Below, one piece after another: positions 39,714 through 49,387 of a stretch of DNA of 64,000 bases. The DNA lies in NCBI GenBank assembly GCA_041287365.1, contig JBEULL010000018.1, forward strand, positions 240,908 to 304,907, given 5' to 3'. This DNA is from Dissulfuribacterales bacterium (lineage in GTDB: Bacteria; Desulfobacterota; Dissulfuribacteria; Dissulfuribacterales; DYLC01). Positions within the stretch are counted from its first letter, which is position 1. Each line of letters opens with the position of its first letter. The notes under the pieces are model-generated. The model saw only the letters and a list, made by a program, of their open reading frames with translations, was not told the origin of the DNA and ran no database searches. The position numbers were made by a program, and so were the translations under genes.

Positions 39714-42525
39714 CAGCCCATTTCAGATATACGACGACCATGTTCTTGCCTATGAAGCGGTTTATCAGCTCTACATGCGCGCACCCACACCCATTCGCAT
39801 GATGGACATAAACTGTCATGTGCTCACTCAGAATCCTGCCATGGATGCCATGGTGGATATGAGCAATCCGGAAAGCCTTGGTAAAAAATGTTTTGAGATC
39901 ACTCATGCAGCGGGCTTATGCCACACGGAAAACTGCCCTCTTCGGCAGATAGCCTGCGGAGAGAACAAAAATCTCCTTTTGTTCTATGAATGTGAACTCT
40001 GGAATGGAACACAATTTCCGGCCAGAGTCATTTCATCGCCCTTCTACGATCAGAACGGCCATCTGGCTGGCATAGTGCAGACCATTCAAGACGACAGCCA
40101 TTATGTGGCCATGGCAAACGCCCTTGAACGAAAAAATCAGGAACTGGCCGCCAACTATCAGACACTGGAAAATCACTATAAGATCATAAGGCTTCTTCAC
40201 GAGGCCAATGAACTTTCAGAAATGGCACAGCGGCTTTTAACTATTCTCATCGAAAATACATCATCTGCAACGGGTGTGTTTTATATATGGAACCATAAGC
40301 GTGAAGTTCTGACCCCTCTGGCCTCTTACGCCTTATTCACAAATCCGCCTGAATTTAGCATGGGCCAGGGCATGCCAGGTCAGGCCGCCCAGTCAAAACA
40401 CACCCTTCTGCTGCAGAATCTGCCGGCTGACCATCTCAAGCTGAAAACCGGCGCCATGGATGCACAGCCATTCTCCATCATCTGTATTCCAATGTTTCTG
40501 CAGGACAAACTACTGGGAGTAATGGAGCTGGGCTCCTTCAACGACCTCTCCCTTCATAAGGACTATCTGGAAAACATACTGCCTCAGACCTGTCTTGCCA
40601 TTCAGAACGCCCTTAACACACAGGAGATTCTTCAACTCTCCAACACCATGAAGCAGCAAAACGAACAACTGAACGCCCAGAACGAGGAATTGCAGGCGCA
40701 GAGCGAAGAACTGCTGGCGCAAAGCGAAGAGATTCAGGCCCAGACAGAGGAACTCATGGCTCAGAGGGACGCCCTGGAAAAGAAGACCAAGGAGGCCGAA
40801 GAGGCCAATCGCATGAAGTCTATATTTCTCTCCAACATGTCCCACGAGCTGCGCACACCTCTCAATTCCATTCTCGGTCTGGCTCGTCTCATGCTGGACG
40901 ACTATCAGGTCACGCAGGACCAGCGTCACAAGGAATACCTGAATATCATACTCAGAAACGGCGAAAATCTGCTGGAGCTTATAAACGATATCCTGGACCT
41001 CACACGCATCGAATCAGGTAGAGAAGAGATGCGCTTCACTCCGGTCAAAACCAGAGACCTCATAGAAAAGCTGGGGCTTTCCATGGCTCCATTGGCCCAG
41101 AAAAAGGAACTCGCCTTTGAAATACAGACGGACGAAGCGCCTGAAACCATCGTGACAGACCAGCGGAGGCTCAACCAAATACTGACAAATCTCCTGGGGA
41201 ATGCCGTCAAATTCACGGAAAAAGGCAAAATAACCCTGAAATGCACGAAAAAAACAGCGGAAGATAGGGATTATATCGTCTTTTCGGTGATAGATACAGG
41301 CATAGGCATTCCCAAGGGATATGAAAAACTCATCTTCGAGCCCTTCAAACAGGTGGACGGATCATATACACGCAAATACGGCGGAACAGGACTCGGACTG
41401 AGCATATCACAGAAACTGGCTCAGATGCTGGGAGGTGAGATATCCGTCTTCAGTGAACTGGGCAAAGGCAGCAGCTTTACACTCACACTGCCTGTGGACA
41501 GACGCAGCAAGAACAGATTGCCCGACGAGGTCTGGAAAAAACGACTGAAGGCAGCCCTGCTGCCCAATATAAACAAATCGTCTGCAACACCTTCCACCAC
41601 TCCTGATACTACGAATGCAACAAAGGCAACGACTGCTCCAATCCCTTCTGGAGCGGACGTTTCATCTCTGCAGACTGCAAAAACCACTGAACGGCCTGTA
41701 ACATCGGCCATCACAAAGGACACGAACGGCCAAAGAATCTTACTGGTGGACGATGATATGCTGGTACTGAAGGAATTGGGGACTCGGCTCAAGTCATACG
41801 GCTATGAGGTATCCTATGCATTTGACGGCAATCTGGGGCTGAAACTCCTTTTGGATGAAAAACCAGGGCTTGTCCTGCTAGATCTTACCATGCCGGTCAT
41901 GGACGGATTTTCGTTCCTGCACGAGATGCAGAAACTGCCGGATGTATCTGAAATCCCTGTGATAATCCTGAGTGCGGCGGACATAGACAGTGATATGGAA
42001 AAACTGTTTCCGCCAAACGTCAAGGGTGTTTTGCAAAAAGGCAACATAAAGAGTCAGGAACTCATGACCTTCCTACAGAATACATTGTGCAGCGATGAAA
42101 AGCAGACAGAGGCGAACAAATCAGCCGATGATCCGGTAACGACTGACTGCAAACAAAACAGTAAAAAGATATTGATCGCTGAAGACAATCCAGACAATAT
42201 GTTTTTATTAAAAGAACTCTTGACGCCAAGAGGTTATATGGTGTTACATGCCGTAAACGGCAATGAGGCGGTGCAGATGGCTATGACTCAGCGGCCTGAT
42301 CTCATTCTCATGGACATTCAAATGCCGGAACTGAATGGACTGGACGCCACAAAGGCCATAAGAGAAAACGGCCTCAAGACCCCCATTATCGCCCTGACGG
42401 CAAAGGCCATGAAGGGCGACCGTGAACAGATTATAGAGGCCGGGTGTAATGATTATATATCCAAACCATTCACTCCAAATTCTCTTCTGCGCACTATCAG
42501 TTACTGGTTGAACCTAGAGCAATAA
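39706..42525 (+). CDS. hybrid sensor histidine kinase: Cys-rich PAS, GAF, heptad-repeat coiled coil, HisKA, HATPase, T/S/P-rich linker and two receivers
   Basis: H-box [11 protein letters not shown] boxes [26 protein letters not shown]1 LLVDDDM...DLTMPVMDG and REC2 [10 protein letters not shown]...[10 protein letters not shown]...LTAKA. Its ATG overlaps the cheR stop by 8 nt. Confidence 0.85.
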   Translation: MDNSPFQIYDDHVLAYEAVYQLYMRAPTPIRMMDINCHVLTQNPAMDAMVDMSNPESLGKKCFEITHAAGLCHTENCPLRQIACGENKNLLLFYECELWNGTQFPARVISSPFYDQNGHLAGIVQTIQDDSHYVAMANALERKNQELAANYQTLENHYKIIRLLHEANELSEMAQRLLTILIENTSSATGVFYIWNHKREVLTPLASYALFTNPPEFSMGQGMPGQAAQSKHTLLLQNLPADHLKLKTGAMDAQPFSIICIPMFLQDKLLGVMELGSFNDLSLHKDYLENILPQTCLAIQNALNTQEILQLSNTMKQQNEQLNAQNEELQAQSEELLAQSEEIQAQTEELMAQRDALEKKTKEAEEANRMKSIFLSNMSHELRTPLNSILGLARLMLDDYQVTQDQRHKEYLNIILRNGENLLELINDILDLTRIESGREEMRFTPVKTRDLIEKLGLSMAPLAQKKELAFEIQTDEAPETIVTDQRRLNQILTNLLGNAVKFTEKGKITLKCTKKTAEDRDYIVFSVIDTGIGIPKGYEKLIFEPFKQVDGSYTRKYGGTGLGLSISQKLAQMLGGEISVFSELGKGSSFTLTLPVDRRSKNRLPDEVWKKRLKAALLPNINKSSATPSTTPDTTNATKATTAPIPSGADVSSLQTAKTTERPVTSAITKDTNGQRILLVDDDMLVLKELGTRLKSYGYEVSYAFDGNLGLKLLLDEKPGLVLLDLTMPVMDGFSFLHEMQKLPDVSEIPVIILSAADIDSDMEKLFPPNVKGVLQKGNIKSQELMTFLQNTLCSDEKQTEANKSADDPVTTDCKQNSKKILIAEDNPDNMFLLKELLTPRGYMVLHAVNGNEAVQMAMTQRPDLILMDIQMPELNGLDATKAIRENGLKTPIIALTAKAMKGDREQIIEAGCNDYISKPFTPNSLLRTISYWLNLEQ
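40675..40764 (+). repeat. in-frame 21-nt periodic coding repeat (heptads AQNEELQ / AQSEELL / AQSEEIQ / AQTEELM / AQ)
   Basis: The units gcccagaacgaggaattgcag, gcgcagagcgaagaactgctg, gcgcaaagcgaagagattcag and gcccagacagaggaactcatg were read directly. Codon 324 of the kinase starts at 40675. Confidence 0.9.
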
Positions 42526-42541
42526 AAACACAGGACAAGAA

Positions 42542-43744
42542 ATGGAAAGTATTCTTACACCCTCGCTATCTAATATCAATACCGCCCAAAAGCGCCCCTG
42601 TATTCTGGTGGTGGAAGACCAACCGGACAATCTGTTTATTCTAAAAGAGGTGCTGGAACGCGGCAACTTTCAGGTCATAACAGCGAGAACCGGCGAAGAG
42701 GCCCTGGAAAAGATTCGCAATTCACGCGAAGAGATAGATCTCGTACTCTCCGACATCATGATGCCAGGCATCTCCGGCATAATGCTCTGCGAGACCATCA
42801 AGACGGATGTTGCCTCATCCCATATACCGGTGATGCTCATCACGTCCCTTTGTCTGGACGAAAAAGACGAAATCAAAGGCCGTGAGGCAGGCGCGGAGGA
42901 TTATCTTACCCGTCCCATCAACCCTGATCTGCTGCTTAAACGCATCAAGCGAATCCTGGAAACCAAAAAGACTATAGACTTCTGGAAGGGGGCCTATGAA
43001 GAAAAGGATCAGGCCCTGACCTCTCAGGAATGGAGCACCCGCATGCTAATCCATGACCTCAAAAACCCGCTTACAGGTGCAAGCGGTTATCTGACCCTTC
43101 TGGCCATGGACCCTGACATCACACCCAAACAGCGCAATCTCATTCAGAAGATACAGGTGGCATTACAACAGCAGACGGAGATGCTTCAGGACATGCTTTC
43201 CCTGGCCGCAGCCAAATTCGGCAGGCTCAGCCTGGAAAAGGAAACCTTTTCCCTTTGTGATGTATTGAAGGAAAACGTCTTTATGCAGCAAGGAGCGGCC
43301 ATGCAAAAGGGCATGGCCCTGCACACAGAGATATCGAAAGGCGCATGTATGGTCAAGGCGGACCGCAGACTCATAAAACGCGTCATAGCCAATCTGATCA
43401 TGAATTCCATCAAATATGGAGAACCGAACACTCCCATAGAGATACATCTGGGCGAGCAAAATGACAATCCATTCCTGCGGCGCCTGCCAGCGAACGATCA
43501 TATCTGGTTCAGCATCTCCAATGAGGCGCCTGTAATATCTCAAGAAGATCAGAGACGTATCTTCAAGCCCTTTGAACAGCAGCATGCCGGATCCGAGCAA
43601 AAATACGGACTCAAGGGCGCCGGCCTTGGCCTATGTTTCTGCCATGAGATCATAAAACTCCACGACGGCGAATTAGGCGTCATTTCACCTGTTCCAGGCC
43701 GGGACTCGGGCGTGGTCTTTTATTTCAGCCTTCCAAGGACATAA
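42542..43744 (+). CDS. response-regulator / histidine-kinase fusion (N-terminal REC, HisKA, HATPase)
   Basis: REC (ILVVEDQPDN...SDIMMPGISG...TS). H-box-like IHDLKNPLT. ATPase region (NLIMNSIKYG, GAGLGLCF). Confidence 0.8.
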   Translation: MESILTPSLSNINTAQKRPCILVVEDQPDNLFILKEVLERGNFQVITARTGEEALEKIRNSREEIDLVLSDIMMPGISGIMLCETIKTDVASSHIPVMLITSLCLDEKDEIKGREAGAEDYLTRPINPDLLLKRIKRILETKKTIDFWKGAYEEKDQALTSQEWSTRMLIHDLKNPLTGASGYLTLLAMDPDITPKQRNLIQKIQVALQQQTEMLQDMLSLAAAKFGRLSLEKETFSLCDVLKENVFMQQGAAMQKGMALHTEISKGACMVKADRRLIKRVIANLIMNSIKYGEPNTPIEIHLGEQNDNPFLRRLPANDHIWFSISNEAPVISQEDQRRIFKPFEQQHAGSEQKYGLKGAGLGLCFCHEIIKLHDGELGVISPVPGRDSGVVFYFSLPRT

Positions 43745-43759
43745 TTCCTCAACCCATCA

Positions 43760-45106
43760 GTGATGCTCAAAAGCCGGTTCAACCCATCCCAGATACTACT
43801 GTTGGGCTTTACAACCATCATCGGAGTAGGTGCCATTCTTCTTAAATTGCCGATTTCCACTCGACACGGTATCTCAACTGTGGATGCCCTTTTTACTGCA
43901 ACCTCTGCTGTCTGTGTCACTGGACTTATAGTCAAGAACACGCCTGTAGACTTCACTCTGTTTGGCCAGATAGTGATACTGCTGCTCATTCAGATAGGCG
44001 GCCTCGGATACATGACCTCCACCACCCTGATTTTTTTGATGATGGGAAAGAAAATCGACATCAAAGACCGTTTTCTCCTAAAGGAATCCATGAATCTCAT
44101 AAGCATGGAAGGCGTGGTCAAATTCGTAAAGCATGTGCTGACCGTTACCTTAATCATAGAACTTCGTGTACTTCTACTCTCTTTTTGCTTTCTACCCTAC
44201 ATGCCTTGGCGAAAAGCAGTTTATTACGGCCTATTCCATTCCATATCCGCCTTCAACAACGCCGGATTCAGCCTATTTCCCGACAATTTAATGAAATTCA
44301 AAACAAGTATGAGCATAAATCTGATTATCTCGCTGCTCATCATTGCAGGTGGAATAGGCTTTTTAGTGCTATGGGAACTCAAAAACAGATGGAATCTTCG
44401 AGCAAAGGACAGAGAACTGCTCTCCATGCACGCCAAAACCGTTTTGGGCACCACCGGCCTGCTGATTCTCGCCGGCGCTGTGCTGATTCTGCTTTTCGAA
44501 CGCAATAATCCAGACTCCATGGCCGGCCTTTCTCTGCCGTATCAATTTCTTGCCGCATTTTTTGCTTCAATTACGGCGCGAACCGCTGGTTTCAACACAT
44601 TGGACTATGCCTCCCTTACACCGGAGACTCTATTTCTCACCATAGTTCTTATGTTCATAGGCGCCTCTCCTGGTGGCACAGGTGGAGGTGTCAAGACCAC
44701 CACTATTGCCGTGGTGCTGACAAGCATGTTCGCCACCATTCGAGGAGAGGAACAGACAGTACTCTTCAAAAGGGCTGTTCCTTCAAGTGTTATCTCAAAA
44801 TCCATGCTTATAGTGGTACTGGGGGCCATCTTTGTAATCGTTGCATCTATCTTGATTCTGCACTTTGAAAACAGCCGCTACCTTTCCATTCTCTTTGAAG
44901 TGACATCGGCCATAGGCACTGTGGGACTTTCCGTGGGGGATGGAGGTGTGCGCAGCCTTTCGGCCACATTTTCTCCACTTGGAAAAATGATAATCTCATT
45001 TATCATGCTTGCAGGTAGAATCGGACCCTTGACACTTGCATGCGCCTTTTTTGAACAAAAAGGCAAACGATATCGATATCCGAAAGGAAGGATTGCCATA
45101 GGATGA
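43760..45106 (+). CDS. TrkH/KtrB-family potassium transporter membrane subunit
   Basis: Polytopic protein with repeated selectivity-filter-like motifs (TGL, IGGLG, NAGF, TAGF, GGTGGG, GTVGLS). Starts 15 nt after the REC-kinase gene. Confidence 0.85.
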   Translation: MMLKSRFNPSQILLLGFTTIIGVGAILLKLPISTRHGISTVDALFTATSAVCVTGLIVKNTPVDFTLFGQIVILLLIQIGGLGYMTSTTLIFLMMGKKIDIKDRFLLKESMNLISMEGVVKFVKHVLTVTLIIELRVLLLSFCFLPYMPWRKAVYYGLFHSISAFNNAGFSLFPDNLMKFKTSMSINLIISLLIIAGGIGFLVLWELKNRWNLRAKDRELLSMHAKTVLGTTGLLILAGAVLILLFERNNPDSMAGLSLPYQFLAAFFASITARTAGFNTLDYASLTPETLFLTIVLMFIGASPGGTGGGVKTTTIAVVLTSMFATIRGEEQTVLFKRAVPSSVISKSMLIVVLGAIFVIVASILILHFENSRYLSILFEVTSAIGTVGLSVGDGGVRSLSATFSPLGKMIISFIMLAGRIGPLTLACAFFEQKGKRYRYPKGRIAIG

Positions 45107-45771
45107 AAAAACAATACGCAGTCATCGGGTTGGGGCGTTTCGGTTATTCCGTTGCAAAGACCCTGACAGAACTCGGTGAAGACGTGATTGCCATAGACAA
45201 CAACGAGGAGCGAGTGCGAAAGATAGCCGATTTTGTAACCGAATCGGTGGTGATGGACGCCCTGGATGAAAAGGCATTGCGCTCCATCGGTTTACAGAAC
45301 GTGGATGTGGCCGTAGTCAGCATCGGTGAAAATATAGAGGCCAGCATTTTAGTAGTAATGATTCTCAAGGAGATGGGTGTGCAAAACATCATAGCCAAGG
45401 CGGTCACATCCCTGCATGGCAAGGTGCTCGAAAATTTGAACGTAACTCGCATCGTATATCCTGAAAGAGACATGGCCGTGCGTGTAGCACAGCAACTGGC
45501 CAGGCCCACCATTTTGGAACACTTGGAACTTTCTCCTGAATACAGTATCATCGAGATTCCAGCCCCTTCCTTTGTAGCCGGCCGCATGCTGAGAGACACT
45601 GGGCTGCGCAACAAATATGGCATAAACCTCATAGCGATTCGTCGCAGGAAATCAGAGACTGGCCTCACTGAATGGAATGTCAATCCGGCGCCAACAGACA
45701 TCATTCAACCTGAGGACATTCTGGTGGTCATAGGCTCCAATACCGATCTGGAGCGGCTGAACAACGCCTGA
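45103..45771 (+). CDS. TrkA/KtrA-family K+ uptake regulatory subunit (RCK N- and C-domains)
   Basis: Rossmann motif VIGLGRFG followed by a TrkA-C-like C-terminus. ATGA overlap with the membrane subunit gene. Confidence 0.85.
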   Translation: MKKQYAVIGLGRFGYSVAKTLTELGEDVIAIDNNEERVRKIADFVTESVVMDALDEKALRSIGLQNVDVAVVSIGENIEASILVVMILKEMGVQNIIAKAVTSLHGKVLENLNVTRIVYPERDMAVRVAQQLARPTILEHLELSPEYSIIEIPAPSFVAGRMLRDTGLRNKYGINLIAIRRRKSETGLTEWNVNPAPTDIIQPEDILVVIGSNTDLERLNNA

Positions 45772-45806
45772 TTTTCAATGATTTTGAAAGGAACTGTATC
45801 AAAAAT

Positions 45807-48533
45807 ATGTCACTCTCAACTGACTTGACAACAACGGACACACAAACAAATTCCTCTAAACCCACTGCACTCCAAACCGCTCCTATTGATAAATCTTATG
45901 AATTTCAGGAAGTTGAGGCCAAGTGGCTGAATGACTGGGCTCAGGCAGGGCTCTCGATAGCCACCATGGACTCAACCAAACCCTGTTTTTCCATGGTCAT
46001 TCCACCTCCCAACGTCACAGGTGTGCTGCACATCGGGCATGCCCTGAACAACACGCTTCAGGATATCTTGATTCGCTACAAGCGCATGGATGGATATAAT
46101 ACCCTCTGGGTACCAGGGACCGACCATGCAGGTATCGCCACTCAAAACGTCGTAGAACGGCAGCTGGCTCAGGAAGGTCTTTCTCGTCATAAATTGGGTA
46201 GAGAGGCCTTCATTCAGCGGGTCTGGGAATGGAAGGCCAAAAGTGGAGGACGCATTCTCGAACAGCTCAAGCGACTGGGCTGTTCCTGCGACTGGTCACG
46301 CGAGCGCTTCACCTTTGACGAAGGTCTGTCATTAGCCGTAAAAGAGGTCTTTGTGCGGCTCTACGAAGAAGGCCTCATTTATAAAGGAGATTACATAATC
46401 AACTGGTGCCCCCGTTGCCACACGGCCTTGGCGGATATAGAAGTGGAACACGAACCACAGGAAGGCTGCATCTGGCGCCTCAAATACCCTCTCAAGGATG
46501 AGACCGGCTATGTGGTAGTGGCCACCACTCGGCCAGAGACCATGCTGGGAGACACCGCTGTGGCGGTAAATCCCAACGATGCCAGGTATGCTCATCTCAT
46601 CGGTAAAGAGCTGATGCTGCCTCTTGTCAACAGGCCCATTCCCATCATAGCCGACGATACGGTGGACATGGAATTCGGAACAGGTGCCGTGAAGATCACA
46701 CCGGCCCATGACTTCAATGACTTTGAAACAGGACTGCGCCACAATCTGCCTGTGATCAACATCTTTGACACCTCTGCACACGTCAATGAAAACGGCGGCA
46801 AATACCAGGGGATGGACCGCTACGAGGCCAGAAAACGCATTTTGGAAGACATGTCGGCCATTGGTCTGTTGGAAGCAGAGGAAAAACATAGCCTTGCCAT
46901 CGGCGGATGTTACCGCTGCAAGACAGTGGTGGAGCCTCGTATCTCCAAACAGTGGTTCGTGCGCACTCAACCCCTGGCCCAAAAGGCATTGGCGGCAGTA
47001 AGAGAGAAAGAGACGGTCATACTGCCTGCATCCTGGGAAAAGACCTACGAGGAATGGATGACCAACATCAAGGACTGGTGTATCTCCCGTCAGATCTGGT
47101 GGGGGCATCGCATTCCTGCCTGGACATGTAAGACCTGCGGCGAGACCATAGTGGCCAAAGATACTCCAACTGCCTGCACAAAATGCAACTCCACAGACCT
47201 GGAACAGGAGACGGACGTGCTGGACACCTGGTTCAGTTCCGCACTTTGGCCGTTTTCCACTCTGGGATGGCCTGAAAAAACCAGGGAACTGGAAATGTTT
47301 TATCCAACCTCCGTGCTCATCACCAGCTTCGATATCCTCTTTTTTTGGGTGGCACGCATGCTCATGATGGGCATTCATTTCATGGAGGAAGTGCCGTTCA
47401 GGTATGTCTATCTCCATGCCCTGGTAAGAGACAGCCAGGGGCAGAAGATGAGCAAATCCAAAGGCAATGTCATAGACCCCTTGACGGTCATGGAAAAATA
47501 CGGCACAGACGCGGTGCGCATGACCCTTACCGCTCTGGCTGCTCAAGGCAGGGACATCAAGCTGGCGGAGGACCGTATCGAAGGCTACCGCCACTTCATC
47601 AACAAGATATGGAACGCCACTCGTCTGGTACTCATGAATGTAAATGACTCATTTGAACCGTTGAAAGACCCTGAATCATTAATTCCAAGAGCTTTGAAAG
47701 ATAAGTGGATCTTGGCCAGACTCGGCAAACTCATTCAAAGCACACGCCACAATCTGGACAACTTCGAGTTCGACGAGGCTGCGCGAGGATTGTATCACTT
47801 CTTCTGGCACGAATACTGCGATTGGTATCTGGAACTGGCAAAACCCGCATTTCAAAGCCTGAACGACCAGGAGAGAAGGATTACGCAACAGACGGCCATC
47901 ACTGTGCTCGATATCTGTCTCAGACTGCTCCACCCCATTATTCCTTTTGTAACAGAGGAATTATGGCATAACCTACCGGGTTCATCAGGCCACATCATGA
48001 CAGCGGAATTTCCCAGACCTGTGCCTGCCTGGCAAAATGAGACTGCTGAGGCGCAAATGCAGGAGCTCATCGAGATCATCACCGGCATTCGCAACCTGCG
48101 CTCCGAATTCAACATACACCCTGGTATCAGGCTCAAGGTTCAGGTTTTTCCTCATGATGATGGTATCCGTGAGCTGTTTTCCGCACAAAAAACGCATCTG
48201 TTAGCATTAGCTAAACTTGAGACCATAGATTTCTATGATACCTCGCAGCCAAGGCCCAAAAACGCCGCATCCGTGATTCTAAAGGACGTAGAGATATTCA
48301 TTCCCCTGAAGGACGTGATAGATCTGGCTGGCGAATTGAAAAAACTGCAAAAAGAGGAAGAAAAGCTGCTGAATGACCTGCAAAAGACACAGGCCAAGCT
48401 GAACAATGCGGACTTCATGGCCAGGGCGCCTCAGGAGATTAGAGAAAAGGAGCAACAGCGCTTTACTGATATAGAGACCCGTTTGAAACGCATTAAAGAT
48501 CATAAGGCCACATTGAGCACCATCGAGACATGA
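45807..48533 (+). CDS. valS: valine--tRNA ligase
   Basis: HIGH (PPNVTGVLHIGHAL), KMSKS, an editing-domain insert and a C-terminal coiled coil. 908 aa. Confidence 0.95.
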   Translation: MSLSTDLTTTDTQTNSSKPTALQTAPIDKSYEFQEVEAKWLNDWAQAGLSIATMDSTKPCFSMVIPPPNVTGVLHIGHALNNTLQDILIRYKRMDGYNTLWVPGTDHAGIATQNVVERQLAQEGLSRHKLGREAFIQRVWEWKAKSGGRILEQLKRLGCSCDWSRERFTFDEGLSLAVKEVFVRLYEEGLIYKGDYIINWCPRCHTALADIEVEHEPQEGCIWRLKYPLKDETGYVVVATTRPETMLGDTAVAVNPNDARYAHLIGKELMLPLVNRPIPIIADDTVDMEFGTGAVKITPAHDFNDFETGLRHNLPVINIFDTSAHVNENGGKYQGMDRYEARKRILEDMSAIGLLEAEEKHSLAIGGCYRCKTVVEPRISKQWFVRTQPLAQKALAAVREKETVILPASWEKTYEEWMTNIKDWCISRQIWWGHRIPAWTCKTCGETIVAKDTPTACTKCNSTDLEQETDVLDTWFSSALWPFSTLGWPEKTRELEMFYPTSVLITSFDILFFWVARMLMMGIHFMEEVPFRYVYLHALVRDSQGQKMSKSKGNVIDPLTVMEKYGTDAVRMTLTALAAQGRDIKLAEDRIEGYRHFINKIWNATRLVLMNVNDSFEPLKDPESLIPRALKDKWILARLGKLIQSTRHNLDNFEFDEAARGLYHFFWHEYCDWYLELAKPAFQSLNDQERRITQQTAITVLDICLRLLHPIIPFVTEELWHNLPGSSGHIMTAEFPRPVPAWQNETAEAQMQELIEIITGIRNLRSEFNIHPGIRLKVQVFPHDDGIRELFSAQKTHLLALAKLETIDFYDTSQPRPKNAASVILKDVEIFIPLKDVIDLAGELKKLQKEEEKLLNDLQKTQAKLNNADFMARAPQEIREKEQQRFTDIETRLKRIKDHKATLSTIET

Positions 48534-49387
48534 AACCATCCCGTCCACACTCTTCCACTTATAGCCACCTGATTCGGCAGGCGCTGGCTGAAGATATGCC
48601 CTTTGGAGACATCACCACCTCCTGCATTATGGACCCCGATGCACAGGGGAGGGCCGTCATTCTGGCCAAGGAGGACTGTGTGGTGGCAGGGCTGTTCGTG
48701 GCCCAGGAGGTCTTTGCGCATGTGGATGACCGCGTCGTCTGTAATATCATGTTCGATGAGGGGGCAGCGGTTCACACCGGCGAAATACTCATGGAGATTG
48801 AAGGCAGCCTTGCCTCCATTCTCATGGGAGAACGGGTTGCATTGAACCTGATTCAACGGCTCTGCGGCATAGCGACTTTGACTGCGGCCTTCGTAACGGC
48901 GCTGACCGGCACCAACTGCCGTGTGCTGGATACACGCAAAACCACCCCTGGTCTGCGTGTATTGGAAAAATACGCCGTGCGCGTGGGAGGCGGCCACAAT
49001 CACCGTTTCTCCCTGTCCGATGGAATACTCATAAAGGACAACCACATAGCCGCCTGCGGTTCCATTACCGAGGCGGTAAGACGGGTGTATGAAAATGCAC
49101 CGCATACCATAGCCGTTCAATGTGAGGTCTCAAACATCAAGGAGCTGCAAGAGGCCTTGAATGCCGGCGTTAACGCGGTGTTGCTGGACAACATGGACAC
49201 TGATGCATTAAAAAAAGCGGTTGAATTCATAAGAAAGACTGCACCTAATGTGCTAATCGAGGCATCGGGTGGAGTTACCATCAACAATGTCAGGGAGATA
49301 GCCCTTACAGGTGTGGATATGGTCTCAACCGGCAGTATTACACATTCGGTAAAGGCTGTGGATATCAGCCTGCGCATTCTGAGATGA
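48530..49387 (+). CDS. nadC: nicotinate-nucleotide diphosphorylase (carboxylating)
   Basis: QAPRTase-like sequence (ALAEDMPFGDITT, LDTRKTTPGLR, GGGHNHR, DNH, EASGG). Confidence 0.9.
   Translation: MKPSRPHSSTYSHLIRQALAEDMPFGDITTSCIMDPDAQGRAVILAKEDCVVAGLFVAQEVFAHVDDRVVCNIMFDEGAAVHTGEILMEIEGSLASILMGERVALNLIQRLCGIATLTAAFVTALTGTNCRVLDTRKTTPGLRVLEKYAVRVGGGHNHRFSLSDGILIKDNHIAACGSITEAVRRVYENAPHTIAVQCEVSNIKELQEALNAGVNAVLLDNMDTDALKKAVEFIRKTAPNVLIEASGGVTINNVREIALTGVDMVSTGSITHSVKAVDISLRILR

Noticed and set aside
40675-40764. 21-nt tandem repeat as a possible CRISPR-like or non-coding satellite array
   Set aside because: It is in frame within a long kinase ORF and has no spacers. The repeats are only about 60-70% identical at the DNA level. 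The periodicity reflects a heptad coiled coil.
46332-47594. 420-aa ORF on the minus strand
   Set aside because: It is antisense to valS, which has clear HIGH and KMSKS motifs. It has no recognisable domains, so I treat it as a shadow ORF.
48500-49120. 206-aa minus-strand ORF. Similar antisense ORFs occur at 38029-38637, 57427-58074, 8248-8736 and 384-911.
   Set aside because: All are fully nested antisense to confidently assigned genes (nadC, cheD-HDOD, the membrane protein, infB and pyrD). None has any motif support.
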